Source: an uncultured Chloroflexia bacterium
GTDB taxonomy: Bacteria > Chloroflexota > Anaerolineae > Anaerolineales > Anaerolineaceae
Reading direction: 5' to 3'
Assembly (NCBI GenBank): GCA_963704755.1
Contig: OY969938.1
Span: 4,200,001-4,232,000, forward strand
Length of the DNA stretch: 32,000 nucleotides
The notes under the pieces were generated by a model that saw only the letters and a list, made by a program, of their open reading frames with translations, made no database searches and was not told the origin of the DNA. The position numbers and the translations under genes were made by a program. This document shows, piece after piece, positions 25,376-32,000 of this stretch. Position 1 is the first letter of the stretch, and the number at the start of each line of letters is the position of its first letter.

Positions 25376-25575
25376 CTCTCCCTCTTATATTCAAACCTTA
25401 CAAAAGCTAATAATCTATATTTAAATTTTGTTAACTATTTTACAATATTTTTAAATTTATTCATTAAAATCTCACCAATTTTAAGTCCTCTCATCCTATA
25501 AATTTTGGTTATCATCTTAATTATTTGCGCTGATTTACTAGCCTCAAATTTCGTAGCTACTCAGCACATTAATAA

Positions 25576-25619
25576 GGACGCAGGATTTGTGGTGTTATGC
25601 CATCTCAAATCCTACGTCC
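25576..25619 (-). terminator. Hairpin downstream of the DsbA-like gene (candidate terminator)
   Basis: GGACGCAGGATTTG (25576-25589) pairs with CAAATCCTACGTCC (25606-25619), with one mismatch and a 16-nt loop. On the minus strand it is followed by TTATTAAT. Confidence 0.4.
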
Positions 25620-25626
25620 AGCGAAT

Positions 25627-26325
25627 TTAATTCAGTATGGAATCGATCTGGGAGAAAAGCGTGTCCTGCCCGACCAGGGTGCCGTTCACATCGAAGGTCG
25701 GCGTGCCGGTGACGCCTTTACCCGATGCGTACTGCTCGTCCTGGGCAACCTGGTTGGCGTATTTGTTGCTGGAATAACAACTGTTGAATTGGGTCATATC
25801 GAGTCCCAGGTCGCTGGCAAAAGCCTGTAAAAGCGAATCACTCAGCCCAACGCCATAATTGGCAAAGATGTAATCATGGAATTCGAAGAATTTGCCCTGG
25901 TCCATGGCACAATAAGCCGCTTCAGCGGCGGTCGCCGAGGTAGGGCTGATGAAGCTCATTGGGACGTAGTGGAAATAGACTTTTCCGATATTGACGTAAT
26001 TATTCAGCAACTGTGTTTCGCCGGTTTGCCAGAAATTTTCACAATGAATACAATTGAAGTCACCGAATTCTTCAACCTTGACCGGTGCATTGGGATCGCC
26101 AGCGTAGGTCCCATTGGTTTGCGAGCGGGTATAGACTTCCGGCCTGGTGAAATTGGCGGAGGATACCGGTTTGTTTTGGATGATCAGGACTGCCGCAAGG
26201 GCCACGGCAACGACGGTCACCGACCCAATGATCAGCAAACGGTTACGCTGCTGCTGTTGTTTTCGTTTTGCCCGAATTTGTTCTCGCTTGCTCTGTTTCC
26301 CTGCTTTGGATGAGGTTGAGGTCAT
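25627..26325 (-). CDS. DsbA-family thioredoxin-fold protein, membrane anchored
   Basis: A basic N-terminal tail plus a TM anchor, CxxC in FNCIHCENF, and C-terminal GVTGTPTFDVNG. GGAGGA lies upstream of the ATG. Confidence 0.8.
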   Translation of the reverse strand: MTSTSSKAGKQSKREQIRAKRKQQQQRNRLLIIGSVTVVAVALAAVLIIQNKPVSSANFTRPEVYTRSQTNGTYAGDPNAPVKVEEFGDFNCIHCENFWQTGETQLLNNYVNIGKVYFHYVPMSFISPTSATAAEAAYCAMDQGKFFEFHDYIFANYGVGLSDSLLQAFASDLGLDMTQFNSCYSSNKYANQVAQDEQYASGKGVTGTPTFDVNGTLVGQDTLFSQIDSILN

Positions 26326-26453
26326 CGATCATTTCCTCCACTTGGCGTTTGTTTTGAAAAGGGGGCTGGTCAGCACCCGGCGATTTGAATAGATAAGCAA
26401 TAAGGTCTATTTTGCCATATTTATATTAAATTTTCCAATAGTTTAATTAAATT

Positions 26454-26512
26454 AACGACGAACGGGGCTGATGTTCGCGGCTTTGCCGCGAACATCAGCC
26501 CCGTTCGTCGTT
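26454..26512 (-). terminator. 59-nt perfect palindrome ending the minus-strand operon (candidate bidirectional terminator)
   Basis: AACGACGAACGGGGCTGATGTTCGCGGC-TTT-GCCGCGAACATCAGCCCCGTTCGTCGTT. It is GC-rich, followed by TTTT on the plus strand and by an A/T-rich run on the minus strand, and sits 15 nt downstream of the GNAT stop. Confidence 0.55.
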
Positions 26513-26527
26513 TTTAATCTTGTATGT

Positions 26528-27415
26528 CTAAGGGGATTTTGTTTCCGGGTAGAGCAAAACCGGGTACTGTTCGCCGGTCAGCTCAAAGCCGGCCTGCTGG
26601 TAGAGGGCCAGTGAGGAATGGTTGTTGTCCTGCGTATTGACCGTCAACTGCCAGAGCCGGTCCTGGCGGAATTTGTGCAGGGCATCGTACACCAGGGTAA
26701 AACCGATGCGGGCATGCTGCATATCCGGGCGGACGGCCAGGCGGGCCAGGTGGGCCGAGAACAAGTTGCTGGTGCAGATCTGGAATCCGACGATCTCATT
26801 GGCGATTTCCGCCACGGTGCAATAGACCGACTGGTAAAAGGAGAGCCGGATTTGATCGGCGGAATTTTGCCAGATGGGCTCGAAAGCAGCCGCATCGATG
26901 GCTGCGACGACCGGAAGGTCGGTTTCTTCCATCGGGCGGACGAACACCTGCCAGTTGTGGTTGGCCTCGGGGAGCGGAGTTTGTAAATCACGGGCCAGGC
27001 TGACGATGTGCTGGTAGGTCTCAAAACCGGCCTGGTCCAATACTTTGAGGATCCAGTTGTTCAGCCCCAGCGCACCGATCAACGGGCGGGGATTGTGGGG
27101 GGTATCTTGCATTCCCCGGGCGAAAAGCATCTGCCAGGCAGCGGCCGGGTCGACCTGAGGCGCACAAGTGAATAGACGGATCCAGGCTATCCCGGCTGGG
27201 TCCTGGGGAAAGGCCATGGCGGCCTGGAAACCTTCATCGGAATCAATCACGTAAAACGGTTGGTGGCCCAGCCAATCCAGCGGTGGGCACCAATCTAAAT
27301 GCCGGTACATATGCGGGGCAATATTGATAAACCGGGTCAGTTTTTCGAGGTCTTTGAGTTCAGCCTGGCGGAGAAAGATATTTGGATGAGCTCTTTGCTT
27401 GGTATAAAAGATCAA
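26528..27415 (-). CDS. GNAT family N-acetyltransferase (two GNAT-like halves)
   Basis: The C-terminal half carries LARLAVRPDMQHARIGFTLV and LYQQAGFE. The TTG start at 27415 overlaps the end of the TPR gene by 56 nt, so the start is uncertain. Confidence 0.75.
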   Translation of the reverse strand: MIFYTKQRAHPNIFLRQAELKDLEKLTRFINIAPHMYRHLDWCPPLDWLGHQPFYVIDSDEGFQAAMAFPQDPAGIAWIRLFTCAPQVDPAAAWQMLFARGMQDTPHNPRPLIGALGLNNWILKVLDQAGFETYQHIVSLARDLQTPLPEANHNWQVFVRPMEETDLPVVAAIDAAAFEPIWQNSADQIRLSFYQSVYCTVAEIANEIVGFQICTSNLFSAHLARLAVRPDMQHARIGFTLVYDALHKFRQDRLWQLTVNTQDNNHSSLALYQQAGFELTGEQYPVLLYPETKSP

Positions 27416-28019
27416 TTGCTGCGAACGTCCTTCTAGCGGTAAAAATCGCAGATAGATGGATGACTATGCCTCGGGTAAATCCTGGTGGGCCATTTTGCGG
27501 ACCGTCCCGATCAAGCCTCTTAAACAGGCGGTCGCGGGCCGAAAGCTTTTTCTTGGAATCGAGCGCGGTCTCCATGCTGAGCAGGGCTTCGATCCGTTTA
27601 CCTTTGCGGAATTGAAGTGCGGAGAGGCGCTCCAACACGTAAACGCGTAATTCCTGCTCGCCTATTTCTTTGAACAGGTCGGCTGAACGGCGGTAATTTT
27701 CCTGAGCGGCGGCAAAATCGTGCAGTCCTTCCTGGGCGGAGGCGATATTACCCAGGGCCATAGCCTGGCGGCGAATGTCGTTGGCGTCGGCAAAGACCTG
27801 GTCGGTCCCCAGGGCGGCGCTCAAGGCCTGCTGCGGATCACCACCTTTGAGCAGTGCCACACTGCGGTTGTTGCTCATTTCGGCGGCTGATAAGGCGTCT
27901 GCCTGGTTCGAATACGTTTCGACTGCCTTGGAAAACCACCGGGCAGCCTCTAGGAAATTCTCTTCTTCGTACGCTTTTTTTGCCTGGAAAACAATTTCGT
28001 CGGTAGTGAGATCGGCCAT
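27360..28019 (-). CDS. TPR repeat protein
   Basis: Preferred start is ATG 28019 (MADLTTDEI..), 13 nt after the XRE gene stop. The sequence has repeated Ala/Leu-rich helical TPR-like units. Confidence 0.7.
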   Translation of the reverse strand: MADLTTDEIVFQAKKAYEEENFLEAARWFSKAVETYSNQADALSAAEMSNNRSVALLKGGDPQQALSAALGTDQVFADANDIRRQAMALGNIASAQEGLHDFAAAQENYRRSADLFKEIGEQELRVYVLERLSALQFRKGKRIEALLSMETALDSKKKLSARDRLFKRLDRDGPQNGPPGFTRGIVIHLSAIFTARRTFAAIDLLYQAKSSSKYLSPPG

Positions 28020-28032
28020 GGCTGTCCCCTGT

Positions 28033-28713
28033 TCAGTATGTGATTTCCAACAGCCCTTCGGCGACGCTGCGCAGCTTTTCGACCGAGAGGTCACTCAGGC
28101 GCATGGCGAGCTGCAGATAGGGCAGGTTGACCGGTTTGCACATGAAATCGCGCACGTCTTCGGGCAGCTCCAGAAAACGCTGGATGGCTAACTGTTCCTG
28201 GCGCCACTGGCCGATGGGCCCACGTTGGTCGTAGAGCTCTTCCATGCGGATTTGCAATGTGTTGGCCAGGATTTCCAGCTCGGGCAGCGGGATCGGGATC
28301 TCGCCCATTTCGTATTTTTGGATCTGGTCCTGGTTCAACGAAGTTTTCTTGGAGATCTCCTGTAGGCTGAGGTTCAGGTTGGAGCGAGCCAGGCGCAGGC
28401 GGGCAGCAATGATTTTTTGGCGCAGCCCGGTGTATTGCGCGGGTTGTTCGACCGGTTCGGCGCTCGCCTGAGTCGAGAGGGTCTGGTTTCCCCAAAATTG
28501 CTCCAGTTGTACGTCCAGGTAAAAGGCCAGCAATTCGAGCTGCGGCAGTGTGGGGGCTGCCTGTCCGTTTTCGACGCGCTGAAATTCATCCACAGACAGG
28601 TTCATGGCTTTGGCGCACAGCTCGACCGGCCGGTTACGCGCAATGCGCGCATCGTGGATGAGTAACCCGATTTTTCTGGTCCGTACCTGGGTGATTTGCT
28701 GATTTGTGCTCAT
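28033..28713 (-). CDS. Double XRE-family helix-turn-helix protein
   Basis: Two HTH_XRE-like segments (LIHDARIARNRPVELCAKAMNLSVDEFQRVENGQ and LRLARSNLNLSLQEISKKTSLNQDQIQKYEMGE), plus a C-terminal domain of about 70 aa. Confidence 0.75.
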   Translation of the reverse strand: MSTNQQITQVRTRKIGLLIHDARIARNRPVELCAKAMNLSVDEFQRVENGQAAPTLPQLELLAFYLDVQLEQFWGNQTLSTQASAEPVEQPAQYTGLRQKIIAARLRLARSNLNLSLQEISKKTSLNQDQIQKYEMGEIPIPLPELEILANTLQIRMEELYDQRGPIGQWRQEQLAIQRFLELPEDVRDFMCKPVNLPYLQLAMRLSDLSVEKLRSVAEGLLEITY

Positions 28714-28747
28714 GGTTACCTCGCGGAGTACAGCTTCTGGATAAAGA

Positions 28748-30367
28748 TCAGCGCCGGCGTTGGGGATTGATCATCGCACTCAAATCGGCCCCGAAAACTT
28801 CCGGGCCGAGTTTGAACCCGGCGGCTTCCAGCCTGGGTGTAAATAATGGGCGGATGCCGGTTGGTTTCAGTTCGCCGAGCACTTTCCCGTCTTGTGAGAC
28901 TCCAACCTGCTGGAATTTGAAAATGTCGGTCATTACGACCGTCTCTCCCTCCATACCGGCAATTTCCGTGATGGAGGTCACTTTACGGCTGCCATCTCTC
29001 AGGCGGGTCTGCTGAACGATTATGTCGATGGCCGAAGCGATCTGCTCGCGGATAACCTTGACCGGCAGCTCGATCCCGGCCATCAGGCACATGGTTTCCA
29101 GACGAGAAATTGCATCGCGGGGGGTGTTGGCGTGCAGGGTGGTCAGCGACCCATCGTGCCCGGTGTTCATGGCCTGGAGCATGTCCAGGGCTTCGCCGGA
29201 GCGCACTTCGCCCACGATGATCCGGTCGGGACGCATGCGCAGCGAATTGCGGACCAGGTCGCGGATGGTGACGACCCCACGCCCTTCGATGTTGGGTGGC
29301 TTGGTCTCCAGGCGCACCACATGGTCCTGCTGGAGCTTCAACTCGGCGGCGTCTTCGATCGTGACGATCCGCTCGTCTTCGGGAATGAATCCGGACAGTA
29401 CGTTCAGCAGGGTGGTCTTGCCGGAGCCGGTGCCGCCTGAAATGATAATGTTGAGGCGTCCAATCACACAGGCGCGGATGAAATCGGCCATGTTTCTGGT
29501 CAGCGAGCCGAAGTTGATCATATCATCCACGCTAAGTTTTTCTTTTTGAAACTTCCGGATGGTTATGGAGGGCCCATCGATGGCCACCGGGGGAATGATG
29601 GCATTCACCCGCGAGCCATCTGGCAAGCGGGCATCGACGGTGGGACTATCCGCATCGATGCGCCGGCCGAGCGGCAAGATGATCTTTTCGATGATGCGGA
29701 AAACCTCGGCGTCGCTTTCGAGGGTGATATTGGTCTTGATGAGCTTGCCCGAGCGTTCGATGTAGATCTGGTTTGGACCGTTGACCATGACTTCGTTGAT
29801 TTCCGGGTCATCCAGTAAGGGCTGAAGCTGGCCAAAGCCCAGCAGTTCGTCTTCTATTTCATGGAAAAGCTGCTCGCGCAGGGTATTGGTCAGGCCTAAT
29901 TTAAGCCCGACATAGACCTGCTGGATGAGTTCTTTCACCACTACGCGGCGATCTTCTCCGACATGCGGGTTGCTCTCCATTTCGCGCGAGATCAGCCCGA
30001 TCATGTGGTGTTTTAATTTATTCAACTCAGGAGGTCGGTCACTGGTTGAAATGGGATTGTTCATTCCGAACTCTTTTCCTGATCCTCGCCATCTTTGACC
30101 GGTAATACCCAAATGACCGAGTTCGACGTTTACGGCCACGAAGCCGGTCTTTAGAATAAGTCTCTCACCGGAAGGATCGAAAATACTTGCATCGGTAACG
30201 GCCAGAAAATGGCTGGTCTCGTCCAACTCGTCTTTCAAGCGGTCTTCCGGGCGGATATGGATCTTTCCGTGGATCTGGTTGGTGGCCGTCTGAATGACCA
30301 CATCGTTGGGCTGTTTCGAAACGACCTGGGTGAAGATCTTGCCTTTTTCTTCGAAGTTCGCAAACAT
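28748..30367 (-). CDS. CpaF/TadA/VirB11-type secretion ATPase, read as one ORF with an unrelated N-terminal segment of about 100 aa
   Basis: Walker [13 protein letters not shown], then [24 protein letters not shown] and [13 protein letters not shown]. An alternative ATPase start is ATG 30064 (MNNPISTS..). The first ~100 codons may be a separate small gene (see findings). Confidence 0.8.
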   Translation of the reverse strand: MFANFEEKGKIFTQVVSKQPNDVVIQTATNQIHGKIHIRPEDRLKDELDETSHFLAVTDASIFDPSGERLILKTGFVAVNVELGHLGITGQRWRGSGKEFGMNNPISTSDRPPELNKLKHHMIGLISREMESNPHVGEDRRVVVKELIQQVYVGLKLGLTNTLREQLFHEIEDELLGFGQLQPLLDDPEINEVMVNGPNQIYIERSGKLIKTNITLESDAEVFRIIEKIILPLGRRIDADSPTVDARLPDGSRVNAIIPPVAIDGPSITIRKFQKEKLSVDDMINFGSLTRNMADFIRACVIGRLNIIISGGTGSGKTTLLNVLSGFIPEDERIVTIEDAAELKLQQDHVVRLETKPPNIEGRGVVTIRDLVRNSLRMRPDRIIVGEVRSGEALDMLQAMNTGHDGSLTTLHANTPRDAISRLETMCLMAGIELPVKVIREQIASAIDIIVQQTRLRDGSRKVTSITEIAGMEGETVVMTDIFKFQQVGVSQDGKVLGELKPTGIRPLFTPRLEAAGFKLGPEVFGADLSAMINPQRRR

Positions 30368-30385
30368 TATTCTCGCAATCCTTTC

Positions 30386-31093
30386 CTACGCGTTTGCCTC
30401 GGCGTCCATGGCCGGCATAAGATAACCCAGACCCGAGCGGGTGACGATATGCTCGGGGTTGTGCGGGTCATCCTCCAGTTTCTGGCGCAGACGGGCGATC
30501 GATACCCATAAAATCTCTTTGTCGTCGCGGTAGGAATCGCCCCAGACGGCGGTCAAGAGTTCTTCAGCAGTCAGGATTCTACCAGCGTGTTGGGCAAACT
30601 GGATCAACAGGCGATATTCAGTAGCCGAAAGATAAATTTGATGGTCTTCTTTCCACACCTCGGCGCGGGCAAAGTCGATACGCAAATTCCGGTGGACAAA
30701 GAAGCGTTTGTGCATGCCGGTTTCGTTTTGTTTGGAGCGGCGCAGCACGGCCCGCACCCGGGCAACCAGTTCGGTGGCCGAAAATGGTTTCAACACGTAA
30801 TCATCGGCGCCGACGTTCAGCCCACGCACCCGGTCCTGCTCTTCACCGCGGGCGGTGAGCATGATGATGGGCACGTCAGAAAACTGGCGAATGCGCTCAC
30901 AGGTAGTGAAGCCATCCAAATGGGGCATGGCGACATCCAGGATGACCAGATCGGGGAGTTTGGATGAAGTCATTTCCAAGGCTTCTTCACCATCCCTGGC
31001 CGCGAACACTTCATATCCCTCGGATTCGAGGTTGACTTTTAACAGATGCCTGTAAAGTTGTTCGTCATCTACCACCAGGATTTTTGAAGTCAT
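30386..31093 (-). CDS. OmpR-family response regulator
   Basis: A REC domain (VVDDEQ, ILDVAMP, VLKPF) plus a winged-helix Trans_reg_C domain (LSATEYRLLIQFAQHAGRILTAEELL..VSIARLRQKLE). Confidence 0.9.
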   Translation of the reverse strand: MTSKILVVDDEQLYRHLLKVNLESEGYEVFAARDGEEALEMTSSKLPDLVILDVAMPHLDGFTTCERIRQFSDVPIIMLTARGEEQDRVRGLNVGADDYVLKPFSATELVARVRAVLRRSKQNETGMHKRFFVHRNLRIDFARAEVWKEDHQIYLSATEYRLLIQFAQHAGRILTAEELLTAVWGDSYRDDKEILWVSIARLRQKLEDDPHNPEHIVTRSGLGYLMPAMDAEANA

Positions 31094-31128
31094 TGGAATT
31101 ACCCTCCTTGTCCTTTGGGAACACCTCG

Positions 31129-32000
31129 TCAGGGTTGGTCAGGAAGAAATATCTTAAAGGTGGTCCCCTGGCCCGCACTGGATTCGATTTCTATGCCGCC
31201 ATTGTGCGCCTGGATAATCTGCTTGCAGATAAAAAGCCCTAAACCGGACCCGTGCACGCTGGGACTCTGATCGGGTACACGGAAAAAGCGGTTAAACACA
31301 TGCTTCAGGTATTTTTCGGGGATACCAGGGCCTTCGTCGTGGACTTCGATTGCAACGCCTGCGGACGTTTCTTTAATTGTAATGTAAATCGGTGAACCGG
31401 GAGCATATTTCACAGCATTGCTGATCAGATTATCTAACACCTGGGCAATCCGGCGCGGGTCGCCCTGGATGGTCTTGATAGGTGTGGTCACATTGGCATT
31501 GATCTGCGCGTCCGGGTGGTGCAGGCGGGCGCGCAGAAGCAAATCGTTCATCAGGGCGTCCAGGCGGACGGCCTCGAAATTCATCACGATCTGGCCAGAC
31601 TGGAGCTTGGCCGAGTCGAGCAGGTTGGCGATCAGGTCTTGCAGCCGGTCGGTCTCCTGGTCGATGATGGTGAGGAATTCGCGCTGGATCTCGGCATCCC
31701 AGTTGGTGTCGTTGCGCAGTAAAGTGGTGGTGTAGCCTTTGATGAAGCCGAGCGGGTTGCGCAGTTCATGGGACACGGTCGAGATAAAGTCTTCCTGCAT
31801 CTGAAAGGTGCGGAACTGGAATTCCAGGTTGTCTCGCTCCTGCTTGATCCGTTCTTTATAAATTTGCAGGGAGAGCAGCCGGGTGATGTACTCGGCAATA
31901 CCGGTATCATTGGCGGTGAAGACCGGGCCACCGAAACGGATGAAGGTGATCGCGCCCAGCACCTCGTGAGGAGTCATAATTGGAATCCCCAGGATGAATG
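31129..32000 (-). CDS. Sensor histidine kinase (5' end beyond the window)
   Basis: H-box FISTVSHELRNPL, N-box LISNAVKYAP, and G-boxes HDEGPGIP and GSGLGLFICKQI. The frame stays open upstream of M 31977 to the window edge (..FILGIPIMTPHEVLGAI, GAF-like). Confidence 0.85.
   Translation of the reverse strand, partial: FILGIPIMTPHEVLGAITFIRFGGPVFTANDTGIAEYITRLLSLQIYKERIKQERDNLEFQFRTFQMQEDFISTVSHELRNPLGFIKGYTTTLLRNDTNWDAEIQREFLTIIDQETDRLQDLIANLLDSAKLQSGQIVMNFEAVRLDALMNDLLLRARLHHPDAQINANVTTPIKTIQGDPRRIAQVLDNLISNAVKYAPGSPIYITIKETSAGVAIEVHDEGPGIPEKYLKHVFNRFFRVPDQSPSVHGSGLGLFICKQIIQAHNGGIEIESSAGQGTTFKIFLPDQP

Noticed and set aside
1-32000. tRNA, rRNA or riboswitch-like elements
   Set aside because: Intergenic regions were read by eye. 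No T-loop (GGTTCGAATCC-like) or cloverleaf candidates, no rRNA-like stretches and no recognisable riboswitch cores were seen. A covariance-model scan would be needed to be sure.

Overview
Bacterial chromosomal window. It looks G+C-rich (spot counts on single 60-nt lines give about 55-62%), apart from one AT-rich island of about 2.2 kb. The protein styles (FhaA/FhaB pair, SEDS-PBP fusion, basic-tailed DsbA-like protein, S1-domain protein) remind me of Chloroflexota/Anaerolineae. That is recollection, not a search result.

Plus-strand backbone, 143-10710: a membrane protein, a GNAT, a membrane-tethered HTH protein, an S1-domain protein, ftsK (one frameshift plus one in-frame stop), a CDP-alcohol phosphatidyltransferase, lgt, an ABC ATPase whose frame changes exactly at an A_AAA_AAG heptamer, and an ABC-2/SpoIIM-like permease.

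Downstream of that: an HNH endonuclease, a YfcH-type epimerase, and a RAYT transposase flanked by inverted GTAG-hairpins. Next is a minus-strand envelope operon, fhaA-fhaB-mtnP-SEDS::PBP, in which the PBP active-site motifs are degenerate. It is followed by ybaK, a PHP hydrolase, secG, a peptide-type SBP, a PduO-type adenosyltransferase and a DUF554 protein. The AT-rich island carries two paralogous zinc-ribbon membrane proteins. After it come a DsbA-like protein and a tightly packed minus-strand operon: HK, RR, small ORF, CpaF-like ATPase, double-XRE protein, TPR protein, GNAT.

The main signal not explained by genes is a dispersed family of 55-61-nt perfect palindromes with GAA triloops (GCGAAGC apex). 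Several sit inside inverted-repeat units of about 110 nt that have candidate target-site duplications. Two of these units, plus a 17-bp perfect inverted repeat, box in the HNH gene.

No rRNA, tRNA or CRISPR array was recognised.
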